Assembly (NCBI GenBank): GCA_905331295.1
Contig: CAJNYD010000357.1
Location: 74,908-138,907, forward strand
Length of the DNA stretch: 64,000 nt
Direction of reading: 5' to 3'
From: Rotaria socialis
Lineage: Eukaryota
Shown here: positions 47,326-61,600 of the stretch, in pieces
Numbering within the stretch: the first letter of the stretch is position 1
Layout: each line of letters begins with the position of its first letter
Notes under the pieces: model-generated
The model's database searches: none
What the model saw: the letters and a program-made list of their open reading frames with translations, nothing else
Told to the model about the DNA's origin: nothing
Program-made: the position numbers and the translations under genes

Positions 47326-48047
47326 TTTATGATTTATAAACAAACAAAATAAATGATTGAAGTAAATGTTAATGTTACTTGGTCAATCAATATTTGTCAG
47401 CAGAAAAATTTAATTATATAATCTAAAATTTGTCAATGTAAAAAGCAATGTAGAACAATGGAACACAACTGATAATACAGGGTATCGATGTAGATGTTAC
47501 TTTTTTTGTCAATCATCTTTACGAAAAAACCCACACTCTTTCGAATTACGGTGTTCTTTTTTCTCTTCCTATTTATGTTTTTGCGGGAAGAAAACGAAAA
47601 TATTTGTTTTGGATCAGGCATGAAAGCTATGCGACAGACAAGAAATGAAACAAGATTAAGCTGTTTGAAACCGAAGAATTTAATAAAATCAGGCTTATTA
47701 TGTGACTCGGCAAAATATTATCGCGTTACGCAAAAAAATGATTTGCTCGGTAGTATCAAACTTTAAATCTTTGAAATGCATGTTCTCAACATCTTTGTGA
47801 CATGCTTGAAAATTAAAGAAGGAGCATTTAAGCCACGTCCTGCAACCACTATAACACTTCATTGGCTTTATTTCGACCTCAACATCAACTTAAAACTAAT
47901 ATGCATGACTTTGCGTTGTGTAGCACTATTATTGAGAGAGAGATGTCGTATGTGTATATTGAATTTCAAAGTTGACTTTAATTTACTTTCCAAAGAGTGA
48001 ACAAAACAAAAACATCATAGCTGTCAAGCAAGTAATAAATCATTTAA

Positions 48048-49238
48048 GCCCCCCCCCCACCCTAATTTTCATTTTCGGTTCTGAACATGGAATCTTGCTG
48101 AAATTTTCATAGAAGACATGTCTACTGTTAGGTATCTCACGGTAAAAATCTCAGCCTAAAATATTAAATCTTTGGCCTTTTTTTGCAGAATCGTGACGCA
48201 AAATGGTGGTGTCGGCGTTTCCCATATTTCTCCCCCGTTACAGATGCTATCTAGCTCGGGTTTGTTTTAAAGTGTAGCTATGACCTGCCACTACAACGTA
48301 ACGAAGCCCGAATATCCAGATTCATTTTTCAATTTTTTCATGGAAGCTTGCGGTGCAAAAATTCAGAATTGAATGCTACTCCTCGTTGAAAATTTCTATA
48401 TTCGAAAACAAAGGTCGTTTAATCGTAAAATCCGACTTCGTTAAGTTGTAGTGATAGGTCATAGCTACACTTTAAAAAAAACCAGAACTCTGTATCATAA
48501 AAAATGGGCGAGCAATTTGTGAAATACAAAACTTACATAGCTAAAAATCGTATGTTGAGAAAAACGCAAAATAAGTTTGCAGAATGATTTTCGAAGGTTT
48601 TTTTGGAACTAAGTTTTGTTAAATGAGTTTTTTTTAATATTTGCAATAGATTATCGATTCGAACGTGTTGGTCAGATCATTCTGATGAAGATCTGAAGAA
48701 GCTTTTGCATTTTCTACGGTTAGCGTGTGCTAAATTGAAACCGATAAGAAGTGATTTGTACCATAGGATTTAAGTAATCGTAGTTTTCATCGAAGATATT
48801 ATATTCTATTATAGTAAACAGGATTTAGAGCTTCTCTAGAATAGATGAAAACAACTTAGAGTTTTTTAATGAAAATCTTTATCCTAGAAAGACTGTTTGA
48901 ACAATTGCACAAAAATGATACTCAAATTTAATCAGTTAATGAAAATTAACACATATTTCAAAACCAATATACTAACGACATGTATCGCATACAATAATCC
49001 GTTTCACATACCCTTAAAGGATTTTAAAACTTATCGACAATAGATGTTTTCAAAAAAAAGCACTCTCTCGATGATTAGGGGGCTCTGAAAAAAATGAGTT
49101 TTTCACCATAAAAAAAGTCGTAAAATGAATAAGTCATAGTGCATTCGATAGCTCACATCATGCTCTATAAGGTGCGCTAGAAATCAAAAAAGCGAAGAAT
49201 TTGACGAAAATTGACATTTCAGGGTGGGGGGGGGGGCC
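48048..49238. mobile_element. TTAA-flanked non-autonomous DNA transposon (Kolobok-like)
   Basis: TTAA (48044-47)-GCCCCCCCCCCACCCT..TTTTCG at left; CGAAAA..AGGGTGGGGGGGGGGGCC-TTAA (49239-42) at right. Internal inverted pair at ~48260-48310 / ~48432-48483. Superfamily assignment is inferred. Confidence 0.75.
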
Positions 49239-50607
49239 TTAAATATTCAAATAACAATCACCAATAGGAAATTTTTCATTCAATAGAAAAACATGTATGT
49301 TTACTACGAATCATTGATATTTGAATTGAATTTGGATTTCCAATAAAAGCAATCATTGTTTCTTATGATTGACTCTAAAACATAGTATAACAATAAAAAT
49401 ATGATGTCGTGTTTTCAACTTAAGAGGGGCCGACCGACTCTCTCAACAACGTTGTTTATTCATTTATTCACATCTTTCGATTGTCTCGATTTTCACATTC
49501 GATACACGCTTATATAAGGATCGACGGGCAAAGAGAGAGAGATGAGCACAAAGAACAGTAGAGAAAGAGAGAAGGACAAAATAGGAGAAATGAGCCGTGA
49601 CGCATATATTGGCGCACATAGAAATTATTTAAACTAACTTTGTTGAACATTTCATCGTCACTCTCTATTCATTTGTGTGTCAATGTTATTCAGTGTAAAA
49701 ATAATGTGTGTCACATGATGAAAAATCGTGCGAAGCTACTGTTTGTAAGAAAAGAAATACTTCATCTCATTTTTTCCGCTTCTTAGTATTCAAAATTTAT
49801 GTCGTTCAGACTTTACGCAATACATCATTACAACGTTGTTATAAGAAAAAAGAAAAGTATGTTCTCAATCGTCTAAACTGTGCGTTAATTTGAAATTGTT
49901 ATTTCTTTTTTTTTCATCTGTACTACATCGTAAGGAAAACAACGCAGAAAGACCAAAAACAAAATTAATTGACATCGAAAAAACATCATTCATTCATTAG
50001 ATTGCTATTTTTCGGATGGAACATTTATTTATGCTTGAAAATACATGAATCATAAGAAAGAAAAACAGCACCTTTAAAAATGAAGATTCCATAGCATGTA
50101 ATTATTTTGTCTTATCTCGCTTTTCTAGAAGAGAAAAATAATGCCTCTATAGGATATTTCATTTATTATCCGGGTTGTTTTGATACCAATGGTTACTTAG
50201 AAACAATGTTTGAGAAGAATAGGAAAAAAGACCCTTTTAGAAATAATAATTTTAAAAAAATAAGGTTATTCAATATACAAGAATAATATTTTGTCAACTT
50301 TTTTTTATTTAAATCAAAATAGCGAACGCCTCTAAACAACGTGTTATATGACTTATCATACTTTCACGCTCGGTTAATAATATTGTTTTGATGAAGTCTT
50401 AAAGAAATTTGAATTATTTGTTATCTCGTCTCTTTTCTTACTTAAAAAAAGACTCAACACTATATAGACATTTCATATGATCGATTTGAACATTACGTAT
50501 GATCATTCATAGTGAAAGTTTTGTTTTTGTGGTATTGTTATACAAATCAAATATATGTAAAAGTTGAATCTTGAAAAGAAGTATTTCAGGGTGAGGGTGA
50601 CAAGCTA

Positions 50608-50649
50608 CCATGACCGGTTTCGATCTTGCTTAAGGATCTCATCAGATGG
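50608..50649 (-). ncRNA. Minimal type I hammerhead ribozyme
   Basis: Minus strand CCAT-CTGATGA-GATC-CTTAAGCAA-GATC-GAAA-CCGG-TC-ATGG, followed by TCACCC repeats. Confidence 0.9.
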
Positions 50650-50785
50650 CAAATAATTCTGTATGATTATTCAAATTAAATTGAAAATCACAAGAATCTA
50701 TATCTATGCTGTTATATATCGAAACATTTTTGAGAAAATTCGACTATATAATGAAAGATTCAGTTCACAGTGGTGTGACAAGCTA

Positions 50786-50827
50786 CCATGACAGGTTTCG
50801 ATCTTGCTTAAGGATCTCATCAAATGG
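50786..50827 (-). ncRNA. Degenerate hammerhead copy
   Basis: Tandem copy of the 50608 unit with the core changed from CTGATGA to TTGATGA and the loop from CCGG to CCTG. Confidence 0.6.
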
Positions 50828-50976
50828 CAAAAAATTCTTGAGGGTGAGGGTGAGATAAATAACCAAGATAAATAATTTCGAAAATAAGTTATTTCAATCC
50901 TATTTAATATAGAACCATTATCAAGTGGCAATAGATATTTATTCTGATAGGAAAATCTTGAGGGTGAGAACAGCTA

Positions 50977-51019
50977 CCATAATCTAGATTTCATTGGAAC
51001 AACCCAAATCATCAGATGG
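50977..51019 (-). ncRNA. Type I hammerhead ribozyme, variant family
   Basis: Minus strand CCAT-CTGATGA-TTTGG-GTTGTT-CCAAT-GAAA-TCTAGA-TT-ATGG. Confidence 0.75.
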
Positions 51020-51180
51020 CAAATGATGATTTGGGTTGTTCCAATGAAATCTATAGATTATGGTAGCTAGTCACACTACCATGAATCGAATTTATCATCA
51101 TATACTTAAGATTTATTCTTGTATATGATAGTTTATAAATTAATTTTTTGATTTTTCTTTTTAAATCATTAAAATTATTT

Positions 51181-51227
51181 GCCATCTGATGATTTGGGTT
51201 GTTCCAATGAAATCTATAGATTATGGT
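51181..51227 (+). ncRNA. Type I hammerhead ribozyme; a 5'-truncated copy lies at 51024-51066
   Basis: GCCAT-CTGATGA-TTTGG-GTTGTT-CCAAT-GAAA-TCTATAGA-TT-ATGGT, directly followed by (CCCACA)n. Confidence 0.8.
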
Positions 51228-51234
51228 AGCTAGT

Positions 51235-51346
51235 CACACACCCACACCCACGCCCACACCCACACCCACACCCACACCCACACCCTCAAGANCACACAAC
51301 CACACCCACGCCCACACCCACACCCACACCCACACCCACACCCACA
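51235..51346. repeat. Interstitial telomeric-type repeat (CCCACA)n = (TGTGGG)n
   Basis: Tandem hexamers. An N at 51292 separates two near-identical tracts, so part may be an assembly duplication. Confidence 0.85.
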
Positions 51347-52678
51347 AGAGAAAGAGTACATAATGCTGAAGAAACGAGCATCCATTTTAGAAGAAAAACT
51401 ACTCTAATAAAGGATAGTCAAAAACTATATTTGTTTGTCATTGTGAACATTGATCAGTTCAAATAGCGACAAAAAAGATAGTGTTGCTTAGTTTTCATTT
51501 TCCAAAAAGTTTTCGAATTATGATTCCAACTCTATTCAAAGTCTAAGGGGGGTTCCCGGCCACCTGAGGGCACCCCGCTTGGGTACGCCCTTGGAGTGTG
51601 ACATAAAATATGGTTCCTGCATATCTGCACTAAACGACAACAAAAAAACAGTTTGAACAACTCTTGATAAACAGAAAAAGAGACTAGCCATCGAAAATAA
51701 ATTAGTAGTCTATCATTGAAAAATTCTTTTATGTTGAAAACGAAAATGTCCATGTTCTTGACGTTTCTACGATTAGTTTCTACTTCATTTTTAGAGTTGT
51801 TAATGGCGTTTTAAGTATTCCTTCAATAAGCCTTTTAAAGCGAATATTATTAAAAAAACACTAAACATTTAAGTCTTCTTTATCTCTTTGATTTTCGAAT
51901 CCGTTCGGTTCGATTCAAAAAAAAAACACTAACCGATCCCATCACTGTTTCATATAGGTTCAAATTAGCATATCTTTTTCTGTAAGTTCCTTCTCTCTAA
52001 ACGTCCTTTTTCTATACCGAGTGAAGGTGAGGATGAAAAAGACATACTAAAAAAGAACGTACAAAAGGACGTACGAGAAAAAGATGTAGAAAAAAGTGCG
52101 TACAGACAAAAGGACATTTTAAGGAAGACATATAGAAATCGGGCGTATAAAATGAATGTTATCAAACATTACATAGAAAAAGATAGAAAAAAATGTGAAG
52201 AAAGAATGTAAACTTAAATTATAAAAGAAGAATCTCCAAATTAACTATCGTCCTCGAGAGAAATGGTAAATCGGATGGACTCAGGAGCATCTGAATATTC
52301 AGAATTCTCATAGGGCTTTTGCTGGGCGCAGTGCATTGGATAATGCTGCGTATGTTTTTATTAAGTTTGGTATAGCGCTTTCAGCAAGCCCTTGGTCGCT
52401 GGTTTTAAATTGAAATCAGGATCTTGCATTCCAAGATTTTACTGAGTATGCGGCATAGTTTCCTTGGAAATAGAGTGATTCATCATAACAAAAATCTTTG
52501 CAAATCGTTTGCATTGTTATAATATTCACTGGTTCCTGTTATCACTCCGACTGTTTTAAAAGTTATTAGATGACTTTATTTCATAGATGGATGTTAGAGT
52601 TTAGTTGACGAGTAAAGAAGTAAGATATGTGAGTAAAAGGAAGTATGCACTGTTTTTTGTGGCAAGGAGCAGTATCCA

Positions 52679-55600
52679 CTATGCGGGATATTTGCCAGGA
52701 ACAGCTTGGATGAATTGATCATCAATCTTCGGTATGTCGAAATCTTCCAATTTGTTGGCAATTGCATCAGAGACGATCAAACCCCATAATTGAAAAAGTG
52801 GTACAAGATTCTTTTGCACTTGCTCTGAAAAAGTTTTAACCCACAAATCTATTTTCTCTTGGTCAGAACTACAATTTCAAAGACGTATCGAATGAGTGCA
52901 ATTTATGAAATTTACAAGTTTGAGACTTACTTAAGTTCTGGTTGAGTATTCTCGTACGTACGAAAAATTGCCTTGAAACTATCCCAGCCGAACTCACGAG
53001 CCAGTTGTCCATCTACATATGAAAATATTTCCTCTTATTTTTCGTTATTCTTCGTTATAGGTTACTTACAAATAGTCAAGCCAACGTAATAATCCTTTTT
53101 CCATTCTTCGAAAGATTGGTTACTTCCACTTAAATATGCTATAGCATTTTCTGCACAAGATCCACCAAAGACAGATATTTCCCATAAGTCTCTCCCGTAA
53201 ACTGTATTGGTTACATAGAGAGAAAATATGTTGCATGTTATATCATCAGTATCGCTAAACGCTAAATGAAGATAGTAAAGTACGAATTAAATAGGTAGCA
53301 TTGACAGTTTTCTCTGTTTTTGGTCTATGATATAAAATACTTTGCTCGCTTGCGAACCTTGCTGGATTCCTGGTCGGGGCATTTTTTTGACATCGTTCCG
53401 ACTGCGTAAGACAAGAAATACTTGAGAAAAAAAAACAAAAGCTACGAAAGGCAGTATTCTATAAATATGTGTAACGGTCCGATACGATGAAAATATTTTA
53501 TTTCTTTAGTTTTCATGATAATAGTGTTATCAGACTGATCCAGCATGTTATAAATTTTTCCCTGTACCTAAATATAAGTAATAAAGTGCATGTGCTCATT
53601 TTTTTCAAGTAATAGTACTTTGCAGCTTTTTCTTCATTCTCGGGCAAATTCATTTCAAAAAGATCAACAACGTTATGCAGTTCTGTTGTACAAGCAAACC
53701 ACTTCCATCTTTGTTATCAGCAATTCGAAAAGCGATATTTTTCTTAAGTCTTTCAGATTATTGCACAATGTGTACCGGGTGCAATATGATAGTCTATCAT
53801 GCTTGTTTCGAACTTCAATTAGCTCTTAAGTATAAAAGACCATGAGGCAAGGTTTCTCTTTTAAAAGATTTTGAGGATTTCACGCAATTACATCTTAACA
53901 CAACTATTTTAAAATTTACGGATTAAAAGAGACAGTTATTAGAAGGCATTTTGCCGAAAAGTATAAGTCGACAAGTTTTACATATCTCTCTAGAATTATC
54001 GATAGGTGACTGATTTTAAATATATGCTTCGATAGAAAGATGTCTTGAATATTTTCAGAATTCTCCAAATCTAGTGTGTAGATTTTCGAGAAGTCAACCT
54101 GAGAACGGTTTCTCTTTCCGTAGAATCATCCTGGAGAAGTTCTAAATGGCGATCTGAAAAGAAGAAATATGATTTATCAACATAGCCCTAGGTTCAATCC
54201 TTGTCATTCCTTGAGAAACCCTGTAAGGATCTTTCAGGATCCTGAATTTCAAGGATCCTATCAAGTTTTATTCAGGATCCTCTTTCGAATCCTGAAAAAT
54301 CCTGCTTTCGGGATTTTTCAAGGTAAAACAGGATCCTTTTCAGGATTTTTTCAAGTTCTTGCAAAGATATTTTTTGAATTGATAATACAAGATCCTTTCA
54401 GGATTTAGTGAAGATCTTATCGAGGATCTTTTCAAGTTTATGAGAAAGGATTCTGTCAAGATTTTACTAGGTTCTCTTCAAGAAAATTATCAAATCCTCA
54501 TATCAGGATCCTATCAGAAATGGTTCGCATATCAGACCGAGATCTTGACAAGATAGCAACATGGTTAATCAGAATATAAAACAGACGAATCCTGGTAGGT
54601 TTTAATCAAGATCTTGATAATTTTTTTTTAAGATTATTCTTGTTACAACTTTCAGTCGCAATCTCAATGCTCATTAGAATCTTAATAAGAAAATGTAAGG
54701 ATTTAGTAAAGATCTCTACAAGTTAATATTTGCTGCGTGTACCCATATCTGTTTCCTAGCAGGATCTTGAAGAAATTTGGATAATCCTAAATGATTAGTT
54801 TGGCGTCAGGTTCAATTCAGGAGTTTCGGTAGGATCTGGTCAAGTTCTTGTTAAAAATTTTTCTCAATTTTGATTTTGCAAGATCTTGCCGAGATCTGTT
54901 ACTCATTGTACTTAGAAATGTGACATAAATTACAAAAAGGACTTCTTCAAGATTTCATTAGGTTTGAGCAAAGATCAGTAGCGGATCCTGATAGGTAGAT
55001 CTTCTGAAGAACTGCACTTTATAGAAAAGAAAGATCATACCAGGAATGAACAAGAATTAAGCAGAATCATCATATATAAAATCCTGTCAAAATCCGAGCA
55101 GGATTTTAAGAAGTACTGTTCAGGAGCTTAATCATTGAATGCTTAAAAAATGATGTAAGTATGATCAGGATCGTGATAAGAAAAGACAAGGATCCCGTTC
55201 AGATCTGTCCAGGTTTACATTGAGAAGATAATCAGCGTTAAATTGTCGGGATCTTGTCAGGAAAGTAACAAGAACGAATGAATGAAATGTTTTCTTGGCG
55301 TTTCTTGCTAGAGACATAGCAGGATCCTGCAAAGATTTGTCAACTTTACAAGCTGAAATAGAATTATAAGATAGAACTCAACAAATTCTCAATTGAAATA
55401 AATCGTAGTATTTTTGAAGTTATTCTATGTACTTCAATGAAAGAGACAAAATTATTAGAAACGACTAAATATTGGCATTTTATTTTTATATTAGTTTGAT
55501 TTTTTCAATTAATAAATAAAGTAGAATCTGGATAGTCTTTAAAAAATACATGCACTTGAAATTTATGTACAAGTTATTTTCAGATCGCAACTGTCGAAAT

Positions 55601-58600
55601 CACTTTTTTTCGTCTTATCAGAAAAACATAAATCATAAAATTAAATTTTTAATTTGAATCTTTTCATTCTAAAATTGCTGTTTTTGAATAATTAATTATT
55701 TTAAACCACCAAAATGTTTTTTGAGTAAAACTGAAATTTAAGAAAACTAAAATATTTATTTTTAAAATTAAATCGTAATTTTAAAAGCTCAAAATACTTA
55801 AGTAAATTAAATGAATTAAAAATAAAAATTATTTCACGAAGTTGATAGAAAAAAATATTTAAAATGATATAATAGTTTTAGAATATTTAAAATAATTTTT
55901 ATTTCTATAGAATTAAAATGAAAATGATTTGAAGTGAGAAATTAAGATATTGAACATAGAAGTGATGTAGGATGACATGATACATCCAGCTTGGAAAGCT
56001 GATCGGTATGTAAACTGATGGTCTAGAGTTCGATTCTCTATATGCTCATATATATTCTGCTCTATTTAGGAATCCTGCGAAGATCCTGGCAAGAAAATGG
56101 TAACATCCTGAACGAAGCCTAGTACAATCCTTGAGAAGATCCTATGAAGAAATATGAGGAGATCCTTGAGGAAACCTAGACTGACGCTAAAAAGATGTTG
56201 TCAAGAAACTGAGCAGAATTCTGAAAGTTAATATCAGGAATAGATTACTTTTAATTTTGAATTATATGCAATCCTGACAGGATCTTGAAATCTTCTGGCT
56301 ACACGCTCTTTTCAAGAATCTGTGGTTTCCTGACTAAATCCTATCTTGGAAAATAACACTAACCTGGTCAAGATCCTCGAAAAAACCTGTTTGAAATCTT
56401 GACAAGATCTTGCGATTTCCTGGCTACACGCTTCTTTCGGGATTTATCGATTTCCTGGCTTAAGCCTGCTGCAAAAACAATAGGAAACTTGTCAAGATCC
56501 TTAATCAAACTGTTCTAAATCCTGACAAGATCCTGAAATTTCCTGGCTACACGCTTGTTTCGGGATTCCTCGTTTCCTCAGGAAAAAAACGTGAATCCTT
56601 GCGGGATCCTGGTCATATCTGTCAAGGATCCGGTACTAAAACGTCACGGATTAAGCCTAGGGAGACATCCGAAAGATGCAAGCAACAGCTTTTTGAAAAG
56701 GCAAAGTTGCTTCAAAACTAATTGTTTTGGCCATCTACCAACTCTAACATTGAGCGACTGATAAATATTTCTCTAAAACCAGTTATTTTTCAAAAGATTT
56801 GTAAGAAAAGAACGTTTTCGAGAATAATCAATTTGAGTTACTTTTCAACTTTTTTTTTCATGACTTACTCCACCAATCTTTCTGACGGTTGTGCCCAAGT
56901 TCGTGGGGAATACCCCATTCACCTTCACCTCCGTAATTTCTGAGTGCTTTTTCATCAAGAATATACGGAATATTACGTTCTGTTAATTTGAGGTAATCGA
57001 GATGACTCATAATCGGATAACCAGAATCTACCAATTAAGCAAGTCAAACAAACATCTTTCTGACTAGTATGGTAGTTTACTCACGCATATAGCCACATGA
57101 TATTTGCTCATCGCAAACAAGTCGTTCGCGACTGGTCGATGTTGTACCACATAGATCATAACCAGCAAGCACAATGTTATCATATAGTTCGAGCACGCGA
57201 TCAAGTGCTTCAGTATCTATATTTCGAATGGTCGCCGAGGGAACACTGAGAATCATATAATTGCCTGCTAAATCAGCCCACAGGCCATCGGCTTGCTTAC
57301 CACTCGTGTTCCATTTAGTCTCTCTGTTCGCATCAGTTAGGTCGTAAGTGGGTGTGGGAACAACATTTGAAAGTTGCACGGTGATGGACGAGGCTTCGTC
57401 ACCAGTAGGTGCAACTAAGTAGAGCAAGCCACCAACAGGAGAATACATATTGATAGACTCACTGAGAAGTTTCGGAATGCGCTGCGAAGTGGTTATGACT
57501 GGCCAACGACGATATTCATCGCAGTCTGTGAGATCATCCGTATGACTGCCAATTTGAACATACCATCCACTTTCACCTGTTTGCTCGATCACTTTCATTT
57601 CGAAAGGGAGACCAGCTACTACGTAATGACCTAAAAAATATTTGACATCAGGTTGACAACTTCGAATATTTTTGAAAATGCTCTCAGAACACTTTCACTC
57701 ACGATTTCGAGCTAGCTGAAAATCTTGGAATTATACAATTTCCAAATGAAAAAACTAGACATTGCGCTTATTAATTATTTTACTCTCAAAGTTCAAGACC
57801 GATTTTTTATTAGATTCAATAAAAATCGTTGAGGACTAAGAGCAGATTGATATTTTACTTGTTAGATGAGCATATTTTGAATTCTGTTCATGCGAAGTTT
57901 CGAGTAGCATCATGCATCCTGAATCTTCCATTAGCATTCACATATCTTGCAAAGGTCTGTGTGGGCATAGATACGGCAGGTATGATTATAAATTAGACTT
58001 AGTACTCCTTTCCCAACCACTCATATTCAGAACCATAGTAATAACAGTATTCACATCTGCATTCTTAAAAAGCTATATTTGGTACCATGTGCACCCACCC
58101 ATAGGCAAGAATTTTATTTATATCTACTCCACGCTTGCGTGTATTTCCATATTTCGTAAGAGGTCCTTACTTGATTACACGTAAAAGAATGTGCATTTGC
58201 AGTTATTCTCTCTGCAGTTGAAGTAAACGAGAAAGTTGAGTTGTAAATGATAAGAAAAAACATAAATTATCTAAGAAAGGTTTCTGTTCAGAGACTTGTA
58301 AAAGAAGAGCAAAATCCTGCGTCATTTCGTATAGCAAAGCTTTTTATATTACTCATACGTATATTTATGGAATTCGTTTTTTTGTAGGAAAATAGTAATG
58401 GCATGAAGCTATCAAGAACTTCAATAGAGCCCGAGATGCACACGTTCTATCCAACTGCATGTATAATTTACCTATGTCGATTCAACTTTTATCAATTACA
58501 AGTAGAATCATTTGCGAGGGATATTACGTAGAAAAGACCTAGAGCTCCGTACTGTGCATATTCATTTATGTCAGCATATAGATTATTCGTATAAGGAGCA

Positions 58601-61600
58601 ATATGATCATCCTGTCGGATTTGTTGTTTGATGGGCTTCCTGAGTTAATTCTTCTACTGAGGTCGATTATTCCATTCTTAGTATGTTAAAGGGGTTGTTG
58701 AAATCTCATTTGCCAAGAAAGAAAAAAGTATTTATCATGTAGCTCACACACTTATACTTCGATTCACCTTAATTTCATACCACGACTAACGAATGAAAAC
58801 ACAGTATAAAGGATGCTGGATATTTCATCATACAATTTTATAGAATGTCAATGAAGATTTGCAAAGGTATACTCATTACAAATGGGTTCTGGAAAGGAAA
58901 TGATGCATCTCGCATAAGGCGCACTGAATGCTATACAAGAAGAAAAATGCGATCTTCCTGTACTCGGAAGTGTAGTTGAAGTACAACTGGAGTAGAGTGG
59001 AGTAGGAGTGAAGCACAGAGTAGTCTAGCTGAAGCGCGAGGAGTACGTAGTCACTAGACTTCAGCTAGACACCGTTGTAGTTCACTAGTGTTTCACTGTA
59101 TTCCCACTGTGCTCCAACTACACACCACTCATACTCTATTGTACTCCACTTGTACTCGAACTCTATTCCATCTATACTTCAATTTAGAGCTCTCGCTTTT
59201 CCCCCCTGATGCTACACTGATTGAAGTATAATTTCTGTTTGTGAAAATACTCATCGTGGTCGAATTGCTAACGAAACGAATGTTGCTATGAGAAACAATA
59301 ATATTTTTACTTTTGTTAATAATTCGTTTATTAGGAATCTCTGTCAAAAGACTAGACTCTATAATATGCTTGTCTCCGCATTTTATATGCATGCGTCAGT
59401 ATAAATTATAAGTATTGATAGGCACTACAGTGGAGAGGACTGAAAATTGAGAAACGTTGTTTGACCGTCTCAGGAAATCTTATGTCGGGTGCTGTCATCG
59501 GTTCACACAAGTTAACCGATAGAATAATCAGTACAACTGTGATAATGCGCTATATTATGGTAAATCCACATCTGTAGAAAAGTGCAGTAAAATATACTCT
59601 CCAAAACAGCTATTAGTGGATACAGTTGACTTTTCTAGTAGGAAAATTATGGATTTAAAAACATATGTTGCTTTTAGAAGCAGATTAAGGAATAATATTA
59701 CAGGCGTTATAAGCTAGTATTTTGATCAAATGTAACTCAAGCTATCATGTCGTAAGGGAAAAGTATGGTGAAATTCTTTTGCAATCAATTAGTTTGTCAA
59801 TCACATTAACTAAATGGAACTAAATTCGTCCATGATTCGTATCTAAGCAAGAAAAACCTCTGCTAGATTGACACGACATTCAAAGCGAAAAGTTACAATT
59901 CTGTGACTTCGAGCTCTTCCATAGTTTTACTAAATTATTTATTGCCTGTGTATATTGTCTGATGCTAAAGATGACGAGTATAATGCACTTCAATTAAGAT
60001 TTTACTGAACATTTCAAAAATAATCAATTTACATTTCGCATAGATGTTTGCATCAATGACAAATGACGACTATGATGCAATTAGTTCCCCTTTAGCATTC
60101 TTTATTAACATTGTGACATCTCTTCCTCTCAAAGACATAAATTATGCACGAATTCAGTTCTCTTTAATTAACCCTTCGCGGTAGAATATTGAGATGTAGC
60201 TTCATTTTTTCCTATAAATTATGAACTTTTTCAAATATATCACTGGCGACGATTAATACATTCTACATCTCATTATGTGTGAAAGAATCTCAAGACGATT
60301 TAGAATGACAACCAGGTTTCTCAAATCAGAATTGATTCACTCATCATTTTTTAACGTTCCGGATATTAGCTGATTTGGTTTCGAGGTTACTAGATGTTTC
60401 TACAGCTGTGGTTTTTGCATTCAACGAAAAAAATGAATGAATTTATTACCGTTCTGGAGCTCATCGTCTATTATACTATTTCTATACAAAGACAATTTTT
60501 TTGAATAAATTCATGAGTATGGAAATGCTTACTGGAAAAACGGAAATAAAACTTCTAGTTCATCTTTTGTGTATTCGTACAGAGTGCTCCATAAATACAG
60601 AGGCATGAATAATCGAATATCTCTATTATTTCTCGATCAGATAGGCTAAATCTTGTTGTAGTTATTAAGATTTGTTAAAATTTTTCCTGATTTCAATAGG
60701 ACTCGGAGATTTTACACTGATGTGTTATTAATTGATTTCAGTAAATAAATTGAACCATCTTTGATGCAAGAAAAATACGTGTGAAACGATTTATATATTT
60801 AGGTTGCAATCATCGAAGATGACGAGAAAATATCCAAACAAACATAAGCAACGTCATTATATGAACATGCATCCATGCATTTTTCAGATCTCATCTACTT
60901 GAAGGGCTAAATGACCGAATGAAATCCTTCAAGCACGAATTTTCAGCTATCGAACAGAATTTAAAGTTCAATGTTTGCATATTTATAATATGGCAACCAT
61001 TTAGTCTTAAATCGGTCTCATCTGAAAACTCTCTCTATGTGTTCTAGTACTATGGCTTAGACTAAATTTGTTCTGTTGTTTTCCGGTTGTCTTCTACGAT
61101 TGAAACCAAAACTTATTCATACATTGCTTTATATGCATTTTTCTTATTTTGAAATAGGTCCAATTTTTTTCCTACAATCGATGATCATGGTTTAGTGTAA
61201 TGTCTTAACCTTATTCAAATTAGAAAAAGTTTTAACAAAATTCTCCAACCATAATAAAATTTGTTTATCTGATTGAGCCATATTAGAGATAATCATGTTT
61301 TTATAGGCTATTTATTGATGAATCAACTTCTACATGTAAGTATATAAATATATTTATATTTATATTTATATATAGGTGCAAATGTATTAAGCTCTCTTTA
61401 GCTGATGTTCGAATCCATATCTTTTCTCTTGATTTTCTTCGTTGTCTGAACTTATTGATCTTTAATTTAATTCTAGTTTGTTTTGACTACGTACTGAAGC
61501 ATGCCGTAAAATATCCAGTTCATGCATCTTCTTTTGGCCAATGATTGGCTTGCGATGAATTCTGGTATGCGGAAGACTGTTGCTCTGTCACTAAAATTCC

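Noticed and set aside
51543..51593. GC-rich segment ending GGGTACGCCCTTG, resembling a MITE terminus
   Set aside because: No partner terminus found, so no element can be delimited.
58960..59392. Loose foldback of GAGTA/TACTC repeats and an 87-aa minus ORF within the M60 intron
   Set aside because: Probably an old TE relic; no definable termini, TSD or protein motif.
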